Shown: positions 41,500-53,368 of the stretch, piece after piece | Layout of the letters: the number at the start of each line of letters is the position of its first letter | Position numbering within the stretch: position 1 is the first letter of the stretch | DNA from: Octopus vulgaris | Lineage: Eukaryota | Direction of reading: 5' to 3' | Length of the DNA stretch: 64,000 bases | NCBI GenBank assembly: GCA_951406725.2 | Contig: OX597837.1 | Span: 48,112,001-48,176,000, forward strand | Notes under the pieces: model-generated | Told to the model about the DNA's origin: nothing | Database searches by the model: none | Seen by the model: the letters and a program-made list of their open reading frames with translations, nothing else | Translations under genes and position numbers: made by a program

Positions 41500-42060
41500 G
41501 TTAACATCTGTGAGAAAGACGAGCAGGCAAGAGGTTCCAGGGGAGCAATATTCTGGAAATGAAAACTTAGGATTTGGAGGTTAGTTTAGGGTAAGAGTGG
41601 TTGAGTAGTGAGAGATGGATTCAGTGGGGATTGGGGGTACTTGTATGATGGAGGTACAAGAGCAAATAGATGGGAAGAGCTGAGGCTATTTTAGTAGCAA
41701 CAGGAAAGACAGGGAATGGAACCTGAGATTGGAGTGTGTCCACTAAGAATTGTACCAATCCAACAAATAACGCTGCTCTGGATGCAATCCAGGATATTTG
41801 TATACATAGCACCGTCTCACATATGAGGGCAGTACTCCATTGTGGGTCCTATTTGAGTGTTTTAGAGTACCAGCAGTTGTTAGGAGCTGAAATATCTTCT
41901 GGCCTTAAAGAGAAGGCTCAGTCTTTGAGATGCAGTCCTGGCTATAGTATGTGCTTTTACCAGAGGAAATCTTTTCTTGATAGCAAGGCCCATCATATGA
42001 GTATCTCTGGTGGCTCAAGTTCAGTGCTACTCCTGGTTAGAGGAGGTGCAGCATGGTGAT
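41500..42060 (-). mobile_element. Old Jockey/CR1-group LINE ORF2 C-terminal relic
   Basis: Minus strand reads QLLVL...IGPTMEYCPHM...ILDCIQS, resembling the RPxMEYCSHIW motif; multiple stops. Confidence 0.5.
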
Positions 42061-42227
42061 GGTTATATACTATCAGTTCTACACATGAGCATACATGTGT
42101 GTGCCTCTGTGTATGTGTATATGCATTTGTATGTGTACGTATGGATATTTATATAGTAATGTAAAAGTATCAATAATATATTTTACATAGTGCAAACATC
42201 TGGTATAGAACTCATGTTGAGTACAGT

Positions 42228-42229
<2 letters not shown>

Positions 42230-42313
<84 letters not shown>

Positions 42314-42316
42314 ATA
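42230..42316. repeat. (TA)n microsatellite
   Basis: Direct reading. Confidence 0.95.
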
Positions 42317-42725
42317 AATTTTGTGTACAAATGAAAGAAAGGGCATTCAACACATTTATTGGGAGTCAATTGTATTATTCAAAACAGTTTCAGATTCTGT
42401 GCTACTTCAAGTTTTGCAAGCCCTTAATGGAGCCTGAGGAGACAGGCTCTGTTAGGGGCTTGCAAAATTTGAAGTAGCACAGAATCCAAATCAAACTGTT
42501 TTGAATAACATATCAAAGTCGATAGCTGTGGAAGAGAGAAAAATCTGGAGTTTATCCAGGGTTCAGTTGGAGTTAGAAATATCAAAGTGGATTGACTGTG
42601 AATTATGGGAGGAAATGTCTATAAACAATATTTTTAGGTGTGTATGGTATAGAAGCTGGAACTAAATTAAGCCATTATAATTTCCCTCGTGTATGCATGT
42701 ATGTGGGTATATACATATGTATACT

Positions 42726-42762
<37 letters not shown>

Positions 42763-42765
<3 letters not shown>

Positions 42766-44090
42766 GAATCAAAGGGCCTTAGAATAAATGTAGCAAAGAC
42801 CAAAGTATTAGTAAGCAGCAAGAGGTACTCAACACACATCCCCTCGGGTAGGTGGCCCTGCTCAACCTGTAGGAAAGGTACAGGTAGAAACTCCATAAGA
42901 TGCACCCAATGTAAGTTATGGACACATAAGAGGTGCAGCAACATTAAAGGAAATTAACAGATAAGATAGCTTTCATGTGCGGCAGATGCACAGGGACAAT
43001 AGACACAACAGACACTCAGAAAACAGATTCCATCACACTCCAGGGAGAGAAACTAGAAGTAGTTGATAGTTTCCGCTACCTGGGAGACCAAGTTAGTAGC
43101 GGAGGTGGATGCACAGAGAGTATCACCACTAGAATACGAATAGCCTGGGCAAAGTTCAGAAAGCTCCTACCCCTACTGGCAACAAAAGGCCTCTCCCTCA
43201 GAGCAAAAGGTAGATTATATGATGCATGTGTGCGAACTGCCATGCTTCACGGTAATGAAACATGGGCTGTGACTGCAGAAGACATGCGTAGACTTGAAAG
43301 AAATGAAGCTAGCATGATCCGCTGGATGTGTAGTGTCAGTGTGCACGCAAAACAGAGTGTAAGTATCCTGAGAGAAATGCTGGATATAAGAAGCATCAGA
43401 TGTGGTGTGCAAGAGCGACGCTTGCGATGGTATGGTCATGTGCTGCGGATGGATGAAGAGAGATGTGTGAAGAAGTGCCACTCCCAAACAGTTGAAGGTA
43501 TCAGGGGGAGAGGTAGACCCAGGAAGACATGGGATGAGGTGGTCAAGCATGACCTCAGAGCATTGGGCCTCACTGAGGCAATGGCGAAGGACCGAGATCT
43601 CTGGAGATATGCTGTGACTACAAAGACCCGGGCTGCTTTCTGCAGCAATTCCACATACCCCCTACCCATTCTAAGTACCCCCCTACCCATTCTAAGTACC
43701 CCCCTACCCATTCTAAGTACCCCCCTACCCATTCTAAGTACCCCGGATCCCCAAAGTACCCCGGATCCCCAAAGTACCCCGGATCCCCAAAATACCCCAA
43801 TCCCCAAAGTACCCCGGACCTCGTTGCCCCCGTGCCGCTGACACGTTAAAATGCTCGAATCCGATCGTGACGATGCCGGACCCTCCGGCCCCTGTGCAGG
43901 TGGCACGTAAAAAGCACCCAATCCACTCACGGAGTGGTTGGCGTTAGGAAGGGCATCCAGCCGTAGAAACTCTGCCAGATTCAGACTGGAGCCTGGAGCG
44001 GCCCCTGGCTTCCCAGACCCGGTCAAACCGTCCAACCCGTGCTAGCGCGGAAAGCGGACGTTAAACGATGATGATGATGATGATGATGAT
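42763..44090 (+). mobile_element. Young 5'-truncated RTE LINE inserted in a (TA)n tract
   Basis: LESKGLRINVAKTK, PHD finger, VDSFRYLGD...RLRWYGHV...GRPRKTW; one frameshift near 42953; CpGs retained; family 3' tail and (GAT)n; TA repeats on both flanks. Confidence 0.93.
43656..43818. repeat. 21-bp (x4) and 18-bp (x3-4) C-rich minisatellites within the LINE 3' region
   Basis: CCCCCCTACCCATTCTAAGTA and CCCCGGATCCCCAAAGTA units. Confidence 0.9.
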
Positions 44091-45011
44091 ATATATATAT
44101 ATGTTTTATGTATATCTCCCCCACTCTTCTGTTTGTGCATGCCTAGTTTGCCATCTTTTACAATCCTTTTCACAAGCTGGAATGGACTGAACAGGTTTCA
44201 CTACATTTTACTATTAATCATGGCCACTCTGACCTGCACAACAATGAAGACAAGTCCTTTTCTTTGTATCCTTCAGCCTTTTGCCATGCTTTTAAACAGC
44301 CAGATGCAGTTTCTATCACCAACCATTGTACTATTCTAGTTGTATTTTTATCATACTGTCAACTCTTGAGACTTTCTCTGGAAGCATTAAACTATTATTT
44401 CAACCCAGCAGTTTTTATTTTCGGGTTCATAGTGGCACCCTTTAAGTAACTTCTCTATCCTGGATCTGATTTTATTCAAGTTTCTGCCATTCTTCAACTT
44501 ATGGAATCCACTTTAGGAATCTTTCCATTTACCATTTGGTTTGTTTGAGTGATCTGCACAATAAAGTTATGCTGTAGACTTCTTGGAAGAAGATGAAGTT
44601 TGTCTTTAGGCTGGGGAAGAAGGAGTGCAAGGGTTGCAAGTGTATTCCCTAAAACTTTTGAGGGACAATGAAAATGCTTTGAACCTCCTGGGTTGGACCT
44701 AAGTTTGCACCCACTTAGCAAATTTCCTTCCCATATTTTGTCTACTCTTTTTAGATTGACTGAGGGAACTTTGATTTATGGAAATTTATTTAGGAGATAA
44801 GGCAGTGCAACCTTTTACAGATCCCTAAATACTGGAGGGAGGAAGACATCCTTAAACTGGATATGTAGCTTGAATGTTTTTAACTGAATGAACTTCCCCA
44901 AAAGGTATCCAATGTTGGATTAAGTCCCTTACACAAGATGTCAAAATGATGGATGGAGATAGAGGGATGTGAACTGGTTGTGAGTGGAGTAGCCATTATA
45001 CTGTGTGAGAG

Positions 45012-46003
45012 TATCATTATCATCATCATTGTTTAACGTCCGCTTTCCATGCTAGCATGGGTTGGACGGTTTGACTGAGGGCTGGCAAACCAGATGGCTG
45101 CACCAGACTCCAATCTGATCTGGCAGAGTTTCTACAGCTGAATGCCCTTCCTAACACCAACCACTCCGAGAGTGTAGTGGGTGCTTTTACATGCCACCAG
45201 CACGAGGGCCAGTCAGGCGGTACTGGCAATGACCATGCTCAAATGGTGCTTTTTGTGTGCCACCTGCACAGGAGCCAGTCCTGCGGCACTGGCAATGACC
45301 TCACTCGAATGTTTTTTCACGTGCCACCAACACAAGTGCTAGTAAGGTGACTCAGGTAACGATCACACTCGAATGGTGCTTTTTATGTGCCACCGGCACA
45401 GAGGCCAGTTTGCTGCTCTGGCAATGATCATGCTCATATGGTACTCTTAGCACTCCACTAGCACGGATGCCAGTCATCGAATTTGATTTTGATTTCACTT
45501 GCCTCTACAGGTCTTCACAAGCAGAGTTTAGTGTCCAATGAAGGAAAGGTACTCATAAGTGGGCTGGTTACACCCTTGGCATAGGCCACAAGGTTATGGT
45601 CTCACTTGGGCTTGCCAAATCTTCTCAAGCACAGGTCCCAGTCACTAGTCATTGCCTCGGTGAGGCCCAGTGTTTGAAGGTCATGCTTCACCACCTCATC
45701 CTAGGTCTTCCTGAGTCTGCCTCTTCTACAGGTTCCCTCAACTGCTAGGATGTGGCACTTTTTCACACAGCTATCCACATCCATTCTCACCACATGGCCA
45801 TACCAGCGTAGTCGTCTCTCTTGCACACCACAACTGATGCTTCTTAGGTCCAACTTTTCTCTCAAGGTACTTACACTGACATTACACATCCATCGGAGCA
45901 TGCTGGCTTCGTTCCCTGTGAGCTTACGCATGTCCTCAGCAGTCCGTGTTTCACTGCCATGTAGCATGGCTGTTTCGTACACATGCATCATACAGTCTGC
46001 CTT
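45012..46003 (-). mobile_element. 5'-truncated RTE LINE (ORF end, long 3' UTR, (GAT)n tail)
   Basis: MLHGSET...ERRLRWYGHVVRM...RGRLRKT, followed by the modular 3' UTR and tail. Confidence 0.88.
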
Positions 46004-47149
46004 TTACTTATTAACATTTAACATTCATGTTGCTCTGCTTTGGCATAGTTTCTATGGCTGAATGCCTTTCATAATGCCAATCACTTCACCGTGTGCACAA
46101 GGTGCTTTTTTCATGCTACCATTGCTAGTGAGGTCACCATGCAACTCACAAGACTACAAAGCCTAAGGAGAAAGGAGATGGGCTTCATATGAGGAGATGA
46201 GAGGATGGAATATGAAAGAGGGGGTGGGGATGAGCGGGAGCTGCAAATCCAGGTGACCCTTCAAGGTATGAGGGATGAGTAAAAGGGGTTGGGAGGGAGC
46301 AAGAGATAGGAAGATAGGAGGTAGGCAACAAATTTTAAAGATTGGGTAGGATTGAAGGGTGGATGTAGAAATGATGGTTGACCAATGATGCATGAATTGG
46401 GGAATGTAGAGGGATGTAGAAGAGGACAGAGGAGAGTAGCAGGACAATAGTATTAGTAGTAATGGTGATAGAGTTTACAGGAAGGGCGAGGGAGATGATG
46501 TGGTTGGGTAGACTACAGGAGAGGAGCAGGTGTAGTGCATCATCATTATCGTTTAATGTCAGCCTTCCATGCTGGCATGGGTGGAACAGTTTGACAGGAG
46601 CAAGCCAGGCAGAAGCCTGCACTCGGCTTCTGCGACTGTTTTGGCAGGATTTTTACAGCTGGCACAGGCAAGGTCAGCTTTGGCAAGGTTTTTACAGCTG
46701 GATGCCCTTCCAAATGCCAAACACTTTACAGTGTGGACTGGATGCTTTTTAAGTGGCACCTGCACTGACAGGGTCACCAAGTAACCTGCAAGACAAAGAA
46801 CCTTTGAGAGGGGAAGGGGGCACTGGAGGAGGTGATCTTGTGTCAGATGATGAACGGTTATAGTGAGACAGAGAGACAGAAACAGGTGTCTTGCTGTTGA
46901 GGAGGTACAAGGTTACCTGGCTGGGGGGAGGGAGAGAGAGAGAGGGAGATCAGGAAGGAAGACAGAAACAGGTGTGCTGTTGCAAGAGATTATTTGGTAA
47001 CTCATGTGGAGGGGAGAAAGAATCACAAACATGTGGGTGAATGGATGATGAATGCTAAAGAAATAGTTCAGAGAGAGAGATAATGGTCAGGTAGATGTTC
47101 AGAGGAAATGGGGCAAGGTGCACATTTGTGCATGTATATACACTCATTG

Positions 47150-47560
47150 CTTCCAGAAGTTGGTCTCACTGAGATGGGTGAGTCTTCTTGAGAACTCCAT
47201 ATTGACAAGCATACTGTTCCTTTGAGATCACCTCCGAAGCTGAGATTGACCTTTACCACTTCATCCCATGTCTTTCTGGACCTCTGTCTTCCGTAGGCTC
47301 TCGCCATATTAAGTGATCAGCACTTCTTTATACAGCTGTCCTTCTTCATATGCATCACATGCCCATACAGTGCAGCCTGCTCTCTTGCATTCTTCCTCTA
47401 ATTCTTCTTATTCTCAGCTTTTCTCTCAGCACATTTACATTGTCTACACACACTTACATTGCCCATCCAGTGGAGCATGATTGCTTCATTTCCCTCTAGT
47501 TTCCTCAAGGCCTATATCTCATTACCATGCAGCATTTCAGTTCTAACCACAAGCCTCACA
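47150..47560 (-). mobile_element. Decayed RTE LINE fragment
   Basis: RSRKTWDEVVK and an upstream collinear NEA..LHWM relic. Confidence 0.6.
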
Positions 47561-48533
47561 GAATCTTTATATACATTTACATACTAACTGAATATCCCAT
47601 CGTTGCTGGGTAATTTTCACCCCAGAATATGCCTTGACTCACTTTCAGATTAGTACACTCATCTAAGTTTAATTTTCTGCTTTGACAGAGATTTTTCCCT
47701 ATTTTTTCCATTACTCCCTTGCAACAAATGAGGGTGGGGAAGATTTTTATGAAAAAAAAAAGCTTTGAAAATTTATTACTCTACCCCTTTCTCTTCCAGA
47801 CTAATTTTGTCCTTTTTCTTTTTTTTTTTGCACTATGCACTTAAAAACAATGTGAAATGCCTTGTCAGTAACAAAAAAAAAATTGTGATAATTTATGACT
47901 ATTTTCACCCCCACCCCCCATTCATTACCAATTTGCCTTTTTTTTTTTTTTTTTTTTTTGCACTACACACTTAAAGTGATGAGAGAGAAGCCTTGAAGAT
48001 TAAAAAAAAAAAAAAAAAGCGATCACTATAACAATCTCCACTTCCTTTATTTTCAAACAGAAAATGAAATGTAATTAAAATATGATGGTGAAATCTTTGT
48101 CTAATCTTTTCAATAACCACAACTCTCTATAAAGCATAAAATTTCAGCTGTTTTCTTTTTGTAATCATAGTTTTAAAATAGGGACTGTCTTAATCTGCAA
48201 TTTGTTTCTGTTTATAATTTCAAAATCATTTTCAAATAAAAATATGTGTGATTTAAGGAAGATTTAGCTGTTGTTTCGAGCGCATCTGACGATCCCCACC
48301 TGGTATCTCCCTATTTCCTTTGTCACCCTGACATGTACTGATAATTTTCATCGTTTTCCTACTCATAAACATGTATGGAATGGTGCAGCAGTCCAATGCT
48401 GGGATTTAAGCAACAACAACAACAACAAAAGTTTTGTAATTTAAATTTTTAACCCTGACCCTGCATCAAGCAAGTCTGTGTGTGTGTAAGAAAAAACATG
48501 CTTACTAAGAGAAAAGTATACTATTAAAATAAA

Positions 48534-48927
48534 CTAGCAGTATCGCCCGGCGTTGCTCGGGTTTGTTTTTCGACCCTTTAGAATTAGAACTTTTGAAAAG
48601 TAAAAATTTTGCATTATCTAGCTTGTTATTCTCTTTAAGTGAACATTTTTTTCTGGTTGAAATACACCGAAAAATGGCGACACAGCAGTCAAAAAATCGT
48701 AAGAAATAGGGATTTTCATAGAAAAAAAGCACCTTTTTTATGTAAATAATTTTTAGTGTTAACATGGTCCGATTTGAATTTTATCTTCTACAGAAGGAAG
48801 AGCAAGTCTTCTATCATACTCTCAATTTTGGTCAACTTGCGCCGCAGGGTCTCGGAGGAGATAGGGTTAGTTTGAAGGCTACCAAACCTGCCACACACAG
48901 ACAACTTCAGCTTTATATAGAGAGAGA
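48534..48927 (-). mobile_element. Non-autonomous Helitron
   Basis: Minus strand starts A|TCTCTCTCTATATAAAGC and ends with hairpin CCCGAGCAACGCCGGG, 8 nt, then CTAG|T; A/T target and no TSD. Confidence 0.8.
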
Positions 48928-49470
48928 TTATCTTTAACATACCTTTTTTTAAATCACTATGTCACCCAAATGAAATTCCTCACATGCAATACACTGACTG
49001 TGAGCAATATAATTTTATAGAGAGTGAGAGGGAGTGTGGTAAAAACGTGCAGCGAGGGGGCCAAGTTTTCCATGAGAAAATCCAAAAACCGAAAGAGCTG
49101 GACAGGTATCTTTTCTCTACCACTGATTTAGAAATTTTATAATGAAATGAACATTTTCACACTTGGTTTATTGATGTACTTTTTCACACTGAATCCAAGT
49201 TTGTGATTCATTTATTCCAGAAAAATTTTAGAAAAATGTTACAGAAGTTTTATCATTGTTACCCAATCTGAAAGCAAGATTTTTGCATTAATAGCTAAAT
49301 GAAAACAATGCATGAGAAATAATACAAATAAAGAGAGAGTGTGTGTGTGTGTGTGTGTGTGTGATAAAGACTGGGTAAATATACAGAGGGAAAAAGATTA
49401 ATTTTGACGGAGGGAAGAGTTGTCAATCTAAAAAAGTGAGTGACTTCTCGTAGCAAATTATATATTTTGT

Positions 49471-49730
49471 GGTACTACTTGAGAACAGTGGTCCCGGTGC
49501 GCGCACACGCGTACTTGCGCATCCGCACTAGCTAGTCGTGACTAGTCGATCCTTACTTTGTGTTTTGTGTTTTATTTACTTTAACAAAAATTATTTTCTT
49601 TGTGTAAAAAAATTATTTATTTTGTGTTTGATTTACTTTGCTAGGTAGTCGTTGTAGGATCGACTAGTCACGACTAGCTAGCGCGGATGCGCAAGTGTGC
49701 GCACCAGGACCACTGTTCTCAATTAGTACC
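49471..49730. mobile_element. MITE with GC-rich TIRs of about 80 bp, Merlin-like ends
   Basis: GGTACTA(C/A)TTGAGAACAGTGGTCC...GGACCACTGTTCTCAATTAGTACC; flanks TATTTTGT and TATTTTTT (7 of 8 match, 8-bp TSD). Confidence 0.8.
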
Positions 49731-51068
49731 TATTTTTTTATTATTATTTACAGATGACCTTCTCTTGAAAACCATTTTCCTCAAGGGCGCTCTGTTTCAG
49801 AGCTTTTCGGGACTAAACCCACAGACACATAGAGACATATTATATTCTTTAATAACAATATAATCAAACAGTTATGGTTTAAAACTAAATTTTGTATTAT
49901 TTGTTCCGGTTAAGAAGATTGTGAGAGAGCAATCAGTAATACATAAATCGTAATGGTAATTTTATTTCATTCATATCTGTAGGAATTCTGGTGGGGGTTA
50001 ATGTTTACTTTGACACCCAAGCACCAAAGCAAATAAAAACAAGATCTTGTGTACCAGGGTGAGAGAAACAAATTCATAAATACGGTGTTGAATATATTTT
50101 CATTATGGAAAAAAGGGCAATTTAGCCGTTGTTTTTAGCACATCTCCACCTTTGGGATCTTTTTTAAAACCTTTTTCTATTATTCAAAGGAAAAATAAAT
50201 TAATGTAAAACTTTTTTCCATTGCACTCGAGCAAAAAAATAATTTATGAATTTCTTTCTCTTGGAAAATTCTTTGCCCACAAGTTTGTTTATAATCGTAA
50301 TCTATGCTGTTTGAAAGGTATTTGTATAAAATTTCATCAAAATTTTGTTTTTGTATCTGGTGTGCAGGATTCTTCATGTGAATTCGTGTGTTGAAGCATA
50401 TTTTATTTTCTGGGGAGATGCCGGTTCATTGGCGCAAATTTTTGTTTTCATATTCGTTTAATACAAATTTTTTACTTATTACACTTGTTTCTTGGGTGGA
50501 GGTGGTTAAAGTAAACCTTAACCCTGAGAGCGGTTTTTCCTATTTTTATGCCTATTTTGATTCAAACAGGTCATGAAAATCAATATTATAGATGATGATG
50601 ATGATGATGACAATTTCTAACAAAGACACTAAATGGTATTGGAGGAATATAGCCAATTGAATTGACCTTAGTATATATTTTATTATAAATCTCAAGGGAA
50701 TGAGAGGCAAAATTTATCTTGTTGGCAGGGTTAAACTGGAATATACGTACCGCAATGAAACTAAATACTTTGATGTTATTTAACTGTAGATGAACTTTGA
50801 TTGAGCAGACATGACTGCAAAGTGTTGTGTGACCCTCCTGTCTTTTATTGTCAATCTCAACTCTGCCTTTGTTTCACTCTTCAACATTCAGGCTGCTCTG
50901 TCAAATGTAAGACTTATTAACATTGTCTTAAATTGATCACACATTGTCTTTTAGCTTCAAGATTTTGATGATGTGACTGTATATTTTTCAAATAACATCA
51001 TAGGGTAGGTGTGAAAGGCCAGATGTGGCCAGTTTGAACATAAAACCAGTAGAGATCATAAACAAAGT

Positions 51069-51323
51069 GGAAGCACGTGGCTTAGTGGTTAGGGTGTCAG
51101 CATTATGATGGTAAAATTGTGGTTTCGATTCCTGGACCAGGCGATGCATTGTTTTCTTGAGCAAAACACTTCATTTCACGTTGCTCCAGTCCACTCAGCT
51201 GTCAAAAATGAGTAATGTTGTGAGGGACTGGTGTCCCATCCAGCTGGAGAACATATACACCATTGAAACTGGGAAACCGGGCCCATGAGCCTGGCTAGGC
51301 TTTAAAAGGGTGCATTTATTTAT
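51069..51323 (+). mobile_element. tRNA-derived SINE (family C)
   Basis: A box TGGCTTAGTGG, B box GGTTTCGATTCC, TTCTTGAGCAAAACACTT core, ATTT tail; related decayed copy at about 26470-26720. Confidence 0.7.
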
Positions 51324-52393
51324 TTAACATAAGCAAAAGGCCAGAAATTTTGAGGAAAGGAATGGATTATATTGGTGCCAGTGTTTGATAACAGCCTTGG
51401 AAAGATGAAACACAGTTGATAGCATTATAAGGATTTGATCTCAGGACATTGACAGAATGCCTTTTGTCTGATGCTCTGACAGTTCAGCCAAATCCCTCAG
51501 CCTAATGATAATAATAATAGCATCAAGAGACTTTAGCTTATTTATGTTTGGATTACAGTGGATTAAAGTGTTGGGATCTTAAGTTATTATAAGTTGTAAT
51601 CTACTTGTCGTTTTAATGTTTGCCCCCCCCCCCACACACACACACAAACACTCACTCCCCCTGGGGAGTTGGTTTTTCTTTTCACCAAGATTACTGGTGG
51701 TGTGGTGGTTATGATGGTGGGGTGGAGGTTGGAGTAGTGAGGTTATGATGGTTATGACAGGGTGGTAGTGGTGATGATGCAGTAGATACAACAGTGATGA
51801 TGATGATGGTTGTGATAGTGTTGGTGAATACTCTCCTGATGCCTCCACCACCACCACTACCGTCTGGAAATGGGTTACCACTGGATAGCAGGAACACTAT
51901 AACAATGAAGAATGTTTCAATAACTTTTAGAACTGAGTGTTCAGCACGAGTCAGTTTCTTTCCAGTTGCTGACCTTGTTGTACACCACATGGACAGTTTT
52001 GTAATCAAAGGTCTTCCAGCGATGACCATCCCATCAGTTGTAGTGCGCATATATTTCAAAACAAAACAAATGATATATTTGCCTCCAAGTCCCTCTATCA
52101 GTAAATATTCTGTTGTTTTTCCAATTTCCTAAAAGTAACAACCCCAACATTAACATCATCATCATCTGGTTCAGATTGGATATGTCATCACAGTTTGAAA
52201 CTGTTCTCATTCAGAGAAACTGCCCTTGTATCTTTTATTTTGGTATGGGTGTTCTTCCTCATCACAACCATTTCGTATGAGCTGACACAAATTTAAAACT
52301 TTATAACCATAATCTTGAAATGTTATAGTATCATGCATGCACACACACACACACATTTGAAGTGTTTGTTACCATTTATTTTCTTAATTTCAG

Positions 52394-52484
52394 GGTTCCA
52401 TCTCAGTGGTACAGTCACAGAACCTGCCAACCCATTGTATTCCGAACCTGAAAAAACCTACAAAGTGTCTATTAGTTTCGACCG
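52394..52484 (+). CDS. ZSWIM4/5/6: ZSWIM4/5/6-family zinc finger SWIM protein, internal coding exon
   Basis: tttcAG acceptor and CG|GTAAGT donor; translates (G)FHLSGTVTEPANPLYSEPEKTYKVSISFD(R), matching the conserved GFHLSGTVTEP...ISFDR segment of vertebrate ZSWIM4/5/6; phase 1 in, phase 2 out. Confidence 0.93.
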
Positions 52485-52869
52485 GTAAGTTCTCTTCAAA
52501 TATCCGTAATCCCTTTTACAGGTTTCCTCAAAACTTGTTCAAAGCTGATTTGTTTTCTTCTTGATGGATATCAGGTAATCAATAAATATCATTGATTATA
52601 AAATTGCATTTCATGTGGGTATGAGGTGACAAGGAAGTATCTGTAAAACTCAAATGAAAGAAATGCTACAAGATATTTTTTCCCACATGGTTAATCATTT
52701 TTCTGAATGAGAATCATCATCATTACCATTTTACATCCGTTCTCTATGCTAACGTGAGTTTGACAATCAAAAGGTTCTTATTCAGAGTTACTGCTCTCCT
52801 AACTATGATAAGCAAAGGAACTCCTCTCTTGCTCATGCATTTTACTTTTGTATAATTTCTATAGTGGAT

Positions 52870-53368
52870 GCGTAACCAGCCCGCTTATGCATACCTTTTC
52901 CTTCTTTGGGCACTAAACTCTGTTTGCGAAGACCTGTTGAGACAAGTGAAATCAAAATCAAATTTGCTGACTGGCATCTGTGCTAGCGGGGTGCAAGGAG
53001 CATCATACGAGTGTGATCGTTTGACAGTGCGGCTAACTGGCTTCCGTGCCAGTGGCACATAAAAGGGCACCATTCGAACATGATCGTTACCAGCGTCGCC
53101 TTACTGGCACTTGTGCCGGTGGCATGTGTAAAAAGATTCGATTGAGGTCATTGCCAGTACCGCCTGACTGACCCCCGTGCCGGTGGCACATAAAAAGCAG
53201 CCACTACACTCTCGGAGTGGTTGGCTTTAGGAAGGGCATCCAGCTGTAGAAACTCTGCCAGATCAAGATTGGAGCCTGGTGCAGCCATCTGGTTCGCCAG
53301 TCCTCAGTCAAAGTCGTCCAACCCATGCTAGCATGGAAAGCGAACGTTAAACGATGATGATGATGATG
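52870..53368 (+). mobile_element. RTE-LINE 3' UTR/tail fragment
   Basis: Reverse complement of 45012-45570; ends AAACGATGATGATG. Confidence 0.85.

Noticed and set aside
42079-42477. ORFs with YIYIYI runs
   Set aside because: Translation of (TA)n microsatellites; the same applies to similar ORFs elsewhere in the window
49983-50570. Possible upstream ZSWIM coding exons
   Set aside because: Splice-like signals exist but translations lack family motifs and phases do not fit the phase-1 acceptor at 52394
51069-51145. tRNA gene
   Set aside because: Has A and B boxes but no complete cloverleaf and continues into a SINE body
51579-52132. Overlapping ORFs with poly-M/P/H runs just upstream of the first ZSWIM exon
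   Set aside because: Arise from GGT/GAT triplet repeats; no similarity to the ZSWIM N-terminus
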